Below, piece by piece: positions 44,105 to 53,612 of a stretch of 64,000 nucleotides of DNA; the first letter of the stretch is position 1; every line of letters begins with the position of its first letter. Below the pieces are notes generated by a model. The model was not told the origin of the DNA and searched no databases. It saw only the letters and a list, made by a program, of their open reading frames with translations. The stretch spans positions 53 to 64,052 of the forward strand of contig JBNACB010000006.1 of NCBI GenBank assembly GCA_049632765.1. Reading direction: 5' to 3'. Source of the DNA: Akkermansiaceae bacterium. Lineage in GTDB: Bacteria; Verrucomicrobiota; Verrucomicrobiia; Verrucomicrobiales; Akkermansiaceae. Made by a program: the position numbers and the translations under genes.

Positions 44105-46246
44105 TCAATAAAGGTCTTCATCTTCATCATGATTTGCAGAAGCCAGTTGGGCTGATGGTTGCCTCTGAGACTCACTGGGAATTTCCTCCCCGGTGGTTGG
44201 AGCGTAATAGGTGTAGTAACTCGTGTAATACTGATACTGGTTGTCGCTACGAACATCGACGTTATTTAGCACCACACCAACGACATGCCCTCCGACATTT
44301 TCAACTGCTTGCTTAACCCTCACCAGCATGTTGCGTGGTAGTTTTCGGTGCTGAACAACAATCATCGTGAGGTCTACCTCGCTGGCCAGCACAGAAGCGT
44401 CACTCACACCAAGGATCGGAGGCGAGTCAATCAACACCAGATCAAAGCGCTGCTTAACATCCTGAATAAGCTCCGACATGCGGCGCGAGTTCAGTATTCC
44501 CGCGGCGTCCGCTGGCAGAATACCAGATGGCATGAAGTAAAGGTTGTCCACCGGAGTCTGGATCACGACATCTTCAAGCATGAGGTCAGTCGTCAAATAG
44601 TTGGTCAAGCCAACTGAGTTGCTGATGTCGAAGAACGTATGCAGGCGAGGGCGGCGCAAGTCCGCATCAATCATTAGCGTAGTGTAACCGCCCTGGGCGC
44701 AAACGTATGCAAGGTTCACCAAGGTGGTTGACTTACCCTCACCAGCTCCTCCGGACACGACCGTGATGGCATTATCGTCCGGGTTCTTGCGGTTGAATTC
44801 GATATTGGTGCGCAAAATACGGTAGGCCTCGGCATCCGGACTCAAACCACTTTGCTTGTGAAGCACTCCAACATCTCGTGGAATCACCGCGAGTACGGAA
44901 ACTTGCAAGAATCGCTCCACGTCCTCCAAGCTCTTTACCGAGGTATCCATGTATTCGAGGAAGAAGGCGATACCAGCTCCAAAAATGAGTCCGACAACCG
45001 CCCCCAAGGCTAGGTTCATCGGAACATTCGGACTGACCGGGTTATCATTAATTTCCGGCTCTTCGTGAACCTGGATGCTGATGGAGTTCAATTTGGTTTT
45101 GGTTTTTTCAGCATGATAGGTTCGCTCTATGCCCTCCTTGAGCTCAAGCGCCTTGTCATACTCGTGCCGCGCCATGTTATATTCTGAATAACCCCTCGAT
45201 TTTTCCGTACCCTGACTCTGGTATCGCTCAACAACTGCCTCCAACTGCTGAACACGTTTATCAATGATATCGAGCTTGTGGTTGAGCGCTGTTTTGGCGT
45301 GGTTGGCTTTTTGGGTTAAATTTTCCTCCAGCCCGGCAAGAAGCCTCTGGCGCATCATGATGTCAGGGTGTTTTTTGCCCAGTCCAGATGCCAGCATTCT
45401 CTCAAGGTCTCTCTTAGCCTCTTCAAACATCCGGTAATCCTCTTTAAAGCCTACGTCCGGAAGCTCCGCAGCAACAGCAATTAGGTGGCTTTGCTCAACC
45501 CCCAATAACTTCTTAATCTGCACGAAAATCTCATCTCTCTCCCGCCTGGCATCGTAGAGATCCCTGTCGGCTTGCTCCTTGAGAGGCAGCATGCTTCCAA
45601 TAGTTTTTCCTCCCTTTTCATCCTCCACAAAAATCAATCCATGTTTCTCCGCCAGATCCTCCACCTTTTTACGCAGGAGGGTGATGCGGTCATTTTGATT
45701 CATGAGCTCAATCTTGAGAGCTTTGAGGTGATCAGTTCGTATGCCCATTTCGAGGGCCTCACGACGAACCCGGTAGGCCTCATAAACCGCTTTGGCAATC
45801 GCTTGCGCCTCGGCTTTTTTAGCGTGTCTTACGGAAATCTCGATCAGATCCGTGCCGCGTCTTTGATTCGTGCGGACGATACTTCTGAGTTGCGCGAGTA
45901 CAGATTTACGATCCTGCCCCCATCTGGCCTCGAGCTGAATATCATCAATAGCAATGTTGAGTGTCTCGGGAGCAACAATGACCTCAAACTGGGTATTGAT
46001 GAATTGACGTGACATTTGTGCTCCAATCCCGCCCTTACTACCACCATGTGTAGGGTCAATATCGACAATGGGCTTCACCTCAACCAGCGCAATACTCTCG
46101 TATTTTTTGGGCATAACGTAGGTGATGACGGCCGCAGTCAAAAAAACGAGTAAGAAGGTAAGTAAGATAACCCCGTAGCGATTCTTCAGAATTTGCCAGT
46201 AATCGATTGCTTGTTGTGCAGCTTCGGCCTGATTGGTATTGTGCAT
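44105..46246 (-). CDS. Polysaccharide co-polymerase / BY-kinase (Wzc/GumC-like)
   Basis: Two TM helices flanking a coiled coil, EAYRILRTN, Walker A GEGKST, IDADLRRP, IDSPP and Tyr cluster YQYYTSYYTYY. Confidence 0.93.
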   Translation of the reverse strand: MHNTNQAEAAQQAIDYWQILKNRYGVILLTFLLVFLTAAVITYVMPKKYESIALVEVKPIVDIDPTHGGSKGGIGAQMSRQFINTQFEVIVAPETLNIAIDDIQLEARWGQDRKSVLAQLRSIVRTNQRRGTDLIEISVRHAKKAEAQAIAKAVYEAYRVRREALEMGIRTDHLKALKIELMNQNDRITLLRKKVEDLAEKHGLIFVEDEKGGKTIGSMLPLKEQADRDLYDARRERDEIFVQIKKLLGVEQSHLIAVAAELPDVGFKEDYRMFEEAKRDLERMLASGLGKKHPDIMMRQRLLAGLEENLTQKANHAKTALNHKLDIIDKRVQQLEAVVERYQSQGTEKSRGYSEYNMARHEYDKALELKEGIERTYHAEKTKTKLNSISIQVHEEPEINDNPVSPNVPMNLALGAVVGLIFGAGIAFFLEYMDTSVKSLEDVERFLQVSVLAVIPRDVGVLHKQSGLSPDAEAYRILRTNIEFNRKNPDDNAITVVSGGAGEGKSTTLVNLAYVCAQGGYTTLMIDADLRRPRLHTFFDISNSVGLTNYLTTDLMLEDVVIQTPVDNLYFMPSGILPADAAGILNSRRMSELIQDVKQRFDLVLIDSPPILGVSDASVLASEVDLTMIVVQHRKLPRNMLVRVKQAVENVGGHVVGVVLNNVDVRSDNQYQYYTSYYTYYAPTTGEEIPSESQRQPSAQLASANHDEDEDLY

Positions 46247-46347
46247 TTTAATAAATTTAGGAAATAGCTACTCGGGGAGATCGAGATCGCCATAATATAA
46301 GAATGCGGTTCTCAACCGCACTGCCCCTACAAAAATTTTACAATTTA

Positions 46348-46375
46348 ATTATAGTTAGAATTATAAGTTTGTAAA
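46348..46375 (-). promoter_or_regulatory. Putative sigma70 promoter of wzc
   Basis: Minus strand TTTACA (46375-46370)-N16-TATAAT (46353-46348). Confidence 0.55.
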
Positions 46376-46411
46376 TAAAAAACCGCTCTAATGTCAAAAC
46401 ATTGAGCGGTT
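46373..46411 (-). terminator. Intrinsic terminator after the beta-barrel gene
   Basis: AACCGCTC-T-AATGT / ACATT-GAGCGGTT stem (46381-46411) followed by a minus-strand U-tract. Confidence 0.75.
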
Positions 46412-46443
46412 CAAGCAACTGGGCTTCTTTCAAAGAACAGATC

Positions 46444-47661
46444 TTAGAACTCGGTTCTCAGACCAATGGAAACACGGTTGCGCTCGTAGGTGCGGCCCGG
46501 GAGATCCGAATCACTGTCGGTCCAGTTGTAGGAGCCAGTGAGAAAGAGGCCATCATTGATTTTGTAGGCGCAGCCCAGGTATAGATTGATCAAGTCCGTG
46601 TCAGCATCAGCCCGAGGTGCCCCTCCGGGGACAAGTCGCCCATCCTGCATGTCCATAAAGATGAGATTCACACCAGCCTGCAGGGTGATCTGTGGAGAGA
46701 GAATGTAATCCGATGAGATACCAACTCGGAGGGTCTCATTCGTATCGTAGGTGAAGTTGTCAAAACTGGTGCCGTAGTCCTCGATGCTGTATCGGGTAAA
46801 TGCACGAACACTGAGCTGCTCATTCATCCGGGTTCTAATGGCAGCTTCCATGAACGGACTGTCCTCGTCGGCGCCCCCATCAACATCACGCATTTGCATA
46901 CCGCCTTTGACAGCAATGACCGATTGAGGGCTGAAGCGGTGCTCTACTCCAAGTAACAAGAAGTGGTTAATGGAGTCATCAGCAGTGCCACTGGATTCTG
47001 TTTCCCCGTAGCGATAGTCAGCTGTCCAAACAGTTTGCTCTGAGGTACGATAACGAAATTGGTTGTAAAAGCTGTAGAGAAGGCGATCATTTCCAGAGGC
47101 AGAGCCTTGATAATCTACACCCCTAATCGTAAAGCCAGTGTATGTGGAAGCATGCTGAGTCCATCGGTAGCCCACCGCGTTGTCTGTTTGATAATGGAAA
47201 TATTCATCAAGCTGGCGATCGGTGGAAAAGCCATAACTATAATCAGGCTCCAGCTCATAGGCAAAATAGTTTCTGCTGCTGAGGCGCAGTCTTTCATTGA
47301 TCCGGTGGGCCCAATTCAGACCAAGTCTTGATTGACCGTAAATCTCGTCGGCCCCATCGGCCTCAAGCTGCTCCAGATAAAATGTGCCACCCAGACGGAC
47401 AAAAACGTCCCATGTGGTTTGGGGTGTAATATCAACAAGAGTTGCCCCTATGTAGGCATTGACCGAGGAGGCCTCGTCATCAGATGCCAAATTTGCGGTG
47501 GGCGAAACGTTGTCATCATAATTGTAGAGCAGACCGGCATTCCAGGTTATCGGCGAGCTCTCCCTGGCTTCTTCATTGGGAGCAATATCGTAGAGACCTT
47601 GACCATGAACCAAACCAGCGTGGGCAATCACAGCGACAGTTGTTATGAGTGATTTTTTCAT
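46444..47661 (-). CDS. Outer-membrane beta-barrel protein of polysaccharide export (BBP2-like)
   Basis: Signal peptide, YDDNV motif, alternating amphipathic strands and C-terminal RVSIGLRTEF (terminal Phe). Confidence 0.8.
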   Translation of the reverse strand: MKKSLITTVAVIAHAGLVHGQGLYDIAPNEEARESSPITWNAGLLYNYDDNVSPTANLASDDEASSVNAYIGATLVDITPQTTWDVFVRLGGTFYLEQLEADGADEIYGQSRLGLNWAHRINERLRLSSRNYFAYELEPDYSYGFSTDRQLDEYFHYQTDNAVGYRWTQHASTYTGFTIRGVDYQGSASGNDRLLYSFYNQFRYRTSEQTVWTADYRYGETESSGTADDSINHFLLLGVEHRFSPQSVIAVKGGMQMRDVDGGADEDSPFMEAAIRTRMNEQLSVRAFTRYSIEDYGTSFDNFTYDTNETLRVGISSDYILSPQITLQAGVNLIFMDMQDGRLVPGGAPRADADTDLINLYLGCAYKINDGLFLTGSYNWTDSDSDLPGRTYERNRVSIGLRTEF

Positions 47662-47779
47662 ATTGTGAACAGTGTAGGGTGGTAGAATCGAATTGGACTT
47701 GGTGAAACCAATGGGTGAGCGATCTCACGAACATGTCGTGACAACAACTTGGCGCCGGAATGATGTTAGCCCTAGCTCG

Positions 47780-48331
47780 TTATAGATCAAAGGTGCTATC
47801 ATCATTTGTGGACTCCACAGTAGTGCCATCATTAGACGAAACCGTAGGTGGCTGGAGACCTGGAGGGAATAGCGGGAATCCACCTGGACCACCGGGGGTA
47901 GGACCAACTGGACCATTACCAGGAAAATCGAGAGAGTTGGTGGCGGGAGCCATGCCGCCGGCACCACCAGCAGCTGAAAGTTTAGCAAATACCACTTGCA
48001 CCTCTACAATCGCATCGGGGGCAACTGCCATGGCACATTGGCTCGCAGTTGCAGTTTTGTCAGGAGCCGCTTTGGCTGCAGCCTCGACGATACCAGCTAC
48101 TAGGTTCTTGTCCGCCTTGGATGCAACAATAGCTGCCTTGACGATCTCACAAACCTTGGATGGATTTTGGACAACTTGTTCAAATACGATGTCTGTTACC
48201 TTTTCAGGTGATGAAGTTATGCTCTTGGCGACGACTTCATTGATAGGATCAACCTTGCGGTTGTCAGCTTGAGCTGTTGCAGTGAGGGCAATGAGCGCCG
48301 CTGTGCAGGCGAGTTTGGTGGTATTTTTCAC
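47780..48331 (-). CDS. Hypothetical secreted Ala/Val-rich helical protein with Pro/Gly-rich tail
   Basis: GTG start then signal peptide (KNTTKLACTAALIALTATAQA), P..V..IV..A.. helical repeats, two Cys and a GP-rich tail. Confidence 0.7.
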   Translation of the reverse strand: MKNTTKLACTAALIALTATAQADNRKVDPINEVVAKSITSSPEKVTDIVFEQVVQNPSKVCEIVKAAIVASKADKNLVAGIVEAAAKAAPDKTATASQCAMAVAPDAIVEVQVVFAKLSAAGGAGGMAPATNSLDFPGNGPVGPTPGGPGGFPLFPPGLQPPTVSSNDGTTVESTNDDSTFDL

Positions 48332-48395
48332 TTTGGATCCTTTCTTGGATGGGGGTGGATGATACAAGCTCGAGTTGATTTGAACTCGAGGGATA

Positions 48396-48466
48396 AGCGG
48401 GTAGCGGGAATCGAACCCGCATAATCAGCTTGGAAGGCTGGAGCTTTACCATTAAGCTATACCCGC
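48396..48466 (-). tRNA. tRNA-Gly(TCC)
   Basis: GCGGGTA acceptor stem, D-loop AATGGTA, anticodon loop CTTCCAA and T-arm GCGGGTTCGATTCCCGC; CCA not encoded. Confidence 0.97.
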
Positions 48467-48478
48467 TTAATGTTCCTA

Positions 48479-48507
48479 ATTAAACGAAACCCACCGTCAT
48501 CTAGCAA
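48479..48507 (-). promoter_or_regulatory. Putative promoter of tRNA-Gly
   Basis: TTGCTA (48507-48502)-N17-TTTAAT (48484-48479). Confidence 0.5.
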
Positions 48508-48674
48508 GTGTTAAATGGCATTTTTAGGCCTTTGTTTTTAGAAGATCGTCTTTGTTATCTAAGTGTTCTATTTACCTAAACATTTAGCATTTATATAACA
48601 CATCCCTTCCATGCATTGATAAATTGATACATCCCATCCACATCAGACATCATTGCTCAGCTGAGTGAGACAAA

Positions 48675-49430
48675 TCATAGCCCTGTAGGGTGATCTATAA
48701 AACAAGTATCCAGGCCAAACTTCTGCCCTAAATGCTGCGTAAGCGCTCTGACTCCAAACGTCTCCGTCGCATAGTGCCCTGCGTATATAACATTGATACC
48801 GCATTCCTCAGCCAAGGGAAAGCTCCAGTGCGGGCCCTCTCCAGTGATGAAGGTGTTGATGCCAGAGGCTGCAACGGCGGCTACTTCCGAGCCAGCTCCA
48901 CCGGTGATAATGCCTACTTTTCCGGCCTGATCGGCCCCACCGGCACACAAGTGAACAGATGATCCGACAGCGTCTTCAACCAAGGACACAAGGTTGTTGA
49001 TGCCGGTATCGATTTTTTGGCACACACCCAAATCAACTCCCTTCCAGTCAAAAAAAGTCTCTGTGTCCTGCATTCCAAGGGCTTTTGCCAGCAGGTGATT
49101 GTTTCCCCACACAGGATGCACATCGAGCGGTATGTGAGCGCTATAGAGAGCCATGCCATTATCAAGGGCCATCTTCAATTTTTTGTAGTGAGCCCCAGTC
49201 ACCATCTGGGCACCCTGCCAGAACATGCCGTGATGCACGACGAGCAAATCAACTCCTTCTGCTAACGCTTTCTCGAAAACGGGTAATGACGCATCCACTG
49301 CTGCACCAATTTTCATCACCTCGCCGCCGTTCTCTATTTGCAAGCCGTTCATGGCCCCGGGATAATCCGGCAACCCAATCAGATTGAGCTCTTGGTCAAG
49401 GTAATGGGTTAGTGTCAGCAACTCAGCCAT
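48675..49430 (-). CDS. Nif3-like dinuclear metal centre hexameric protein (YbgI family)
   Basis: NGLQIE, AAVDAS, VHHGMFW, AHIPLD.HP..GNN, ITGE and GHYATETFG. Confidence 0.92.
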   Translation of the reverse strand: MAELLTLTHYLDQELNLIGLPDYPGAMNGLQIENGGEVMKIGAAVDASLPVFEKALAEGVDLLVVHHGMFWQGAQMVTGAHYKKLKMALDNGMALYSAHIPLDVHPVWGNNHLLAKALGMQDTETFFDWKGVDLGVCQKIDTGINNLVSLVEDAVGSSVHLCAGGADQAGKVGIITGGAGSEVAAVAASGINTFITGEGPHWSFPLAEECGINVIYAGHYATETFGVRALTQHLGQKFGLDTCFIDHPTGL

Positions 49431-49550
49431 GCGCTGAGCCTAGCAACTGGATGGAACAATCCCATTCAAAAATGAAGCTCTGGACCATCACCGACTCCGT
49501 GATGAAGAAAACCTGTCCACGTGCAAAGCACCGGCGCCAAAAAAGAAATA

Positions 49551-50747
49551 TCAATGTGCCCGCCCCACGCCAAGTTGCTCTTGGAGCAACAAATCAAGCG
49601 CATCCGCATCCTTGGTTTTACCATGCAAGATCAGGTTACCCTTGATCATGAGCTTCGGCATCACGGGTGTCTCATGAACAAACGAAGTATAGTCAGCAAT
49701 ATTCTGTTCCAACAGCGCTTTAGCCCAGTCCTTGTCAGAGCCCTCAAGCCTGGCCGGATCCACCAGACTATAGGCCAGCGCCTCCGCCACTTCATAGGGC
49801 TGGTCACGACAATCGAAGAGTGCCCGGTGAAATTCAGCGAATTGATCCGGGTCCGCTTGCCAGACACGCAGTGACAGGACTGCCAACCTACACGCATTGG
49901 CGCGGTCTTTGACCCCCTGCGGAATATGTGGGTTACATGCTCTCTCCAGGGGCACTGGCAATACAATCACAGCAAGCTCACCGGGGTATTTGGTCATGAG
50001 CTCATCGAGGTATTCATGCATACTCAAACAAGCCTCACAGGTGTAATCAAAATATTTCACCAGCACGTGCTGTGCATCCGCTCCGCCAATGTGTGGCAAG
50101 TGCTCGATCCGGAATGATTTTGTATTATCCAGGAACCATACCTCACGACCATCCCCGCTGGCATGAATGCCTGCAGTACTGGCCTCAACCTGCTTCTCTT
50201 GGGGCGGGCTTGAGACAGCCAGGCGATGCGTCTCCGGAGAAGGTCCAAAGTGCTGGATGAGAGCCAGCGCTGACACGAGCAAAATAGCAGGCAACAATGT
50301 AACCAACCAACTTCGCCGGAGATCTTGCTTCACTGGCCTAAACCACAAGACCAGAAGACCGATGGTAATGCCCAAGCCATGCATAACCATGCAATAGGGA
50401 CAGATGATTCGCACCACGAAGAGTTGAAGTCCCACGAACCAGCATGCTGCAGCCAGTAATATCCAGGCAAGCAAAGATCTGAGCCAGGCGGACCATGCTC
50501 CCCTCGCCCAAAGTGCCATGACAAGCGCCAGATATAGGAGACAGGAAAACACACTGACAGGAATGACACCCCCAACCATCGACCACTTGCTGCCAAGCAC
50601 ATTGGCACAACCACTGCCAGCGCCACATCCTGCCAGGCTCTCAATCTTTCCCGTCCACTTTTGAATGGTGAGCCACAGACTTAATACAAACGCGACCACA
50701 ATGAAAACCATCACAATCCATTTGATGGCAGGCTTCATATCATTCAT
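49551..50747 (-). CDS. VKOR-domain membrane protein fused to a DsbA-like thioredoxin domain
   Basis: GC...GC..VL.S.WS...G.IP loop cysteines, ICPYC redox motif and periplasmic FDYTCEAC CxxC. Confidence 0.88.
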   Translation of the reverse strand: MNDMKPAIKWIVMVFIVVAFVLSLWLTIQKWTGKIESLAGCGAGSGCANVLGSKWSMVGGVIPVSVFSCLLYLALVMALWARGAWSAWLRSLLAWILLAAACWFVGLQLFVVRIICPYCMVMHGLGITIGLLVLWFRPVKQDLRRSWLVTLLPAILLVSALALIQHFGPSPETHRLAVSSPPQEKQVEASTAGIHASGDGREVWFLDNTKSFRIEHLPHIGGADAQHVLVKYFDYTCEACLSMHEYLDELMTKYPGELAVIVLPVPLERACNPHIPQGVKDRANACRLAVLSLRVWQADPDQFAEFHRALFDCRDQPYEVAEALAYSLVDPARLEGSDKDWAKALLEQNIADYTSFVHETPVMPKLMIKGNLILHGKTKDADALDLLLQEQLGVGRAH

Positions 50748-50838
50748 GAGATCAAAGAGTAAAATTGCTGGCTACTTCAACATCCACCAGCTCATAAAAA
50801 ATGACCAGACTAAATGGTAACCACCCTAAGGCGAACCA

Positions 50839-51117
50839 CTACTTTTTAGTGGTCGGGCGGCCATCGTCGTCAAGCTCCACCCAGTCTTCACCCTCCCTGC
50901 CACGCCGCCATGCGTTGATGGCAAAAAGCAGAGTGAGCGCCAGAAAGAATAGTGCAGACTCCATAAGAAACGGGCTCGTGATCCATGAGAGGCACATCCG
51001 TCCCAGCTCCCCGGCAAAACCAGGTAAATACGCAGATGCGGCAATGCCCACCAAACCTACAAAGAAAAGCACGATCAAGCCGGAGCCGATCAAGATGTGT
51101 TTTCTATTTTCTTCCAT
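50839..51117 (-). CDS. Hypothetical small inner-membrane protein (2 TM)
   Basis: Two hydrophobic segments with a charged C-terminal tail; start placed at MEENRK. Confidence 0.65.
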   Translation of the reverse strand: MEENRKHILIGSGLIVLFFVGLVGIAASAYLPGFAGELGRMCLSWITSPFLMESALFFLALTLLFAINAWRRGREGEDWVELDDDGRPTTKK

Positions 51118-51240
51118 TTGAATAATGAATCGAACCAGGCTCCGGCCACTCCCCAAATGGGGGTCGCCAGACTCGAGCTTTTCTCCAACTACAGAGTCTC
51201 AGGTATTTCGCTGGATGCAGTTGCTGGATTGTTAAAAAAG

Positions 51241-51323
51241 TACCGGGAACAGGGGTCGAACCTGCACGCCCAAAGGGCACTAGATCCTAAATCTAGCGTG
51301 TCTACCAATTCCACCATCCCGGC
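51241..51323 (-). tRNA. tRNA-Leu(TAG)
   Basis: GCCGGGA acceptor stem, TGGTGGAATTGGTAGACACG D-arm, CTAGA-TTTAGGA-TCTAG anticodon arm, long variable arm and GGTTCGACCC; CCA not encoded. Confidence 0.97.
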
Positions 51324-51336
51324 TTGAGGCGGGCAA

Positions 51337-51365
51337 AACCTAGGGTAGTTATCAATTGATGGCAA
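51337..51365 (-). promoter_or_regulatory. Putative promoter of tRNA-Leu
   Basis: TTGCCA (51365-51360)-N17-TAGGTT (51342-51337); same -10 hexamer as the rplM promoter. Confidence 0.45.
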
Positions 51366-51390
51366 CCGGATTCTTTGTGAAACTGGCGCG

Positions 51391-52674
51391 CTAAACACAG
51401 GCAAGAGCCTGGTCCATTGCCTCAAGCGTTGCATCAATCTCGGCATTACCATGAGCCACGCTCATGAAGCCGGTTTCGTATGGGCTCGGCGCCATGTAAA
51501 CGCCCTGCTCGAGCATGGAGGTGAAGAATTTTCTGAATGCTGCTGTGTCCGCCGTCATCACGCTTTGCAGATTCACGATCGGCTCAGCAGTGAAAAACAA
51601 ACAGAACATCGAACCCACTCGGTTAAACTGATAGTCCAAGCCCTTGCTTGCGAGCATCGATCGCACGCCTTGCTCGAGCCGGGCGCCTATTTTTTCGAGT
51701 TTGCCATAGCCATCCACCCTCTCCATCTCGTGTAGTTGAGCCAGTCCCGCAGCCATGGCGAGTGGATTTCCACTCAGGGTACCCGCCTGATAAACAGGGC
51801 CATCTGGAGCCAGACAATTCATAATTTCTGCTCTTCCGCCAAAAGCGCCGACAGGCAACCCGCCACCGATGACCTTACCCATCGCCGTCAAATCAGGGCT
51901 GATTCCCTCGAGCTCCTGAACACCGCCTTTGGCCACACGGAAACCTGTCATGACCTCATCAAAAATAAAAACCGATCCATACTCTGCCGTAATGTCACGC
52001 AATCCCTGCAAGTATCCTTCGCGTGGGAAAATGAGCCCGGCATTGGCGGGGTAACTCTCCACAATAACCGCAGCAATCTGGTCTCCCATTGTCTCAAAAA
52101 CAGCGCGCACCCTCTCGATGTCATTGTAGGGAAGGGTGATTGTCTCGGCAGCAAAGGCAGAAGGCACACCGGCGGAGTCCGGCTCACCATGGGTAAGTGC
52201 ACCCGATCCTGCCGCCACCAAAAGGCTGTCAACATGCCCGTGGTAACACCCCTCGAACTTGATCACCTTGTCTCTGCCGGTAAAACCACGGGCAAGACGC
52301 ACAGCACTCATCGTGGCCTCTGTTCCGGAATTCACCATTCTGACCTTTTCCACCGATGGCACCCAATCAACAATGAGCTGCGCCATATCCACCTCATAAG
52401 GGTTGGGAATACCAAAGGAGACCCCCTCCTTGGCTGCCTTACTAACGGCCTCAATGACACATTCAGGGGCATGACCAAGAATGGCTGGCCCCCATGTCCC
52501 GACATAGTCGATCATTGAATTGCCATCGACATCCTCGATTCGACAGCCCTTGGCACGACGTACAAAAAAAGGTTCGCCGTCTACGTTGCGAAAAGCTCGC
52601 ACAGGCGAATTGACCCCGCCTGGAATGAGCTCCTTGGCAGTCTTGAAAAGTTGATGAGATTTCTCGTGTTGCAT
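51391..52674 (-). CDS. hemL: Glutamate-1-semialdehyde 2,1-aminomutase
   Basis: PGGVNSPVRAF, DYVGTWGP.ILGH, NSGTEATMSA.RLARG.TGR, FEGCYHGH, FDEVMTGFR and GKVIGGGLP.GA. Confidence 0.96.
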   Translation of the reverse strand: MQHEKSHQLFKTAKELIPGGVNSPVRAFRNVDGEPFFVRRAKGCRIEDVDGNSMIDYVGTWGPAILGHAPECVIEAVSKAAKEGVSFGIPNPYEVDMAQLIVDWVPSVEKVRMVNSGTEATMSAVRLARGFTGRDKVIKFEGCYHGHVDSLLVAAGSGALTHGEPDSAGVPSAFAAETITLPYNDIERVRAVFETMGDQIAAVIVESYPANAGLIFPREGYLQGLRDITAEYGSVFIFDEVMTGFRVAKGGVQELEGISPDLTAMGKVIGGGLPVGAFGGRAEIMNCLAPDGPVYQAGTLSGNPLAMAAGLAQLHEMERVDGYGKLEKIGARLEQGVRSMLASKGLDYQFNRVGSMFCLFFTAEPIVNLQSVMTADTAAFRKFFTSMLEQGVYMAPSPYETGFMSVAHGNAEIDATLEAMDQALACV

Positions 52675-52851
52675 CACATGGAATGGCAAATGCATTGCCG
52701 GGCACAAGTTGCTGCGCCAGCGCTCATTTTGCAAGACTCCAAAACAGAAAGCGCTTCATATGTGGTAGCAAGCCCATCGGACTATTGATTTTTCACAGCC
52801 AATGTATCGATAACACAGGGGCAGCATGAGCTTGGTGGCTGGCGCCTACTT

Positions 52852-53328
52852 CTAGCTCTCCATAATATACTCAAGCAGCATACTCTGAAGTAGTAGATAA
52901 AAACGGTTCCTGTAATAAGCGCTCTTCAAGTCAGGCTCGAGATCATCCAATTGATCCGGCGCATTGAGCTCGTCCAAGTCATCCAGTTCATCAAGTTGAT
53001 ACCCGGCTTGGAGCGAGAGCCTTGCCTGATTGATGGCGCCATACCATTTTTCAGCCTCATTGGGGGCGATGAAAACAGCCTGCTGCTCACTACCGCGCGC
53101 CTTGAGAATCACCTCAGCCACCATGTGGGTTTGATCTTGAAAGCCCCTTTCCAAGTCAGGGGTTACATACTCAGCCCACTCACACTCCTCATCCATTAAA
53201 TCGGCAAGTGATTCGGCAATGAGGCCCGGCCGCTGGTCATCCGAGCAAATGAGCTGTAGCTCTTGCCAGTCCTTTTCTGACTCAGGCAAGATACAAAGTC
53301 CTCCTTCGAGGGTTGGCAAAATTCTCAT
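52852..53328 (-). CDS. DUF2017-family protein
   Basis: Acidic 158-aa protein with W......F and W..AIN.ARL.L features. It overlaps the clpS stop by ATGA, the usual DUF2017 context. Confidence 0.65.
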   Translation of the reverse strand: MRILPTLEGGLCILPESEKDWQELQLICSDDQRPGLIAESLADLMDEECEWAEYVTPDLERGFQDQTHMVAEVILKARGSEQQAVFIAPNEAEKWYGAINQARLSLQAGYQLDELDDLDELNAPDQLDDLEPDLKSAYYRNRFYLLLQSMLLEYIMES

Positions 53329-53612
53329 GCCGTTTTTTCCATAGTGGTTTGAAGTTGCCAGCCATGAAGTTGCGCCACGTAAAGCTCAGCTTTCTCGCGC
53401 GCCCCGGACCAGACCACGGAACGCCCCTGGGTATGCACTTCCATCATCAACGCCTCGGCCTTTGTTTGATCGTATCCAAAGACCCTTTTAAAAACCATTG
53501 TGACATAACCCTGCAAGTTAACAGGGTCATTGAGCACGACCACATTCCACGGCATCTCCGCCTGTTGCTTGGCGTGCTGTTTTTTGTCGGTAGCAGGTGT
53601 CGTGTTCGGCAT
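53325..53612 (-). CDS. clpS: ATP-dependent Clp protease adaptor ClpS
   Basis: PW.VVVLNDPVN...YV..VF..VFGY....A..LM.EVH..G.SVV..G.RE.AE. Confidence 0.92.
   Translation of the reverse strand: MPNTTPATDKKQHAKQQAEMPWNVVVLNDPVNLQGYVTMVFKRVFGYDQTKAEALMMEVHTQGRSVVWSGAREKAELYVAQLHGWQLQTTMEKTA

Noticed and set aside
46250-48480. ops/JUMPstart antitermination element for the EPS genes
   Set aside because: No GGCGGTAG-type sequence was found on the coding strand in the intergenic regions.
48396-51323. tRNA-Gly and tRNA-Leu as integration sites of a genomic island
   Set aside because: No integrase, no duplicated tRNA 3' end (attR) and no evident compositional shift; the flanking genes are ordinary envelope/housekeeping genes.
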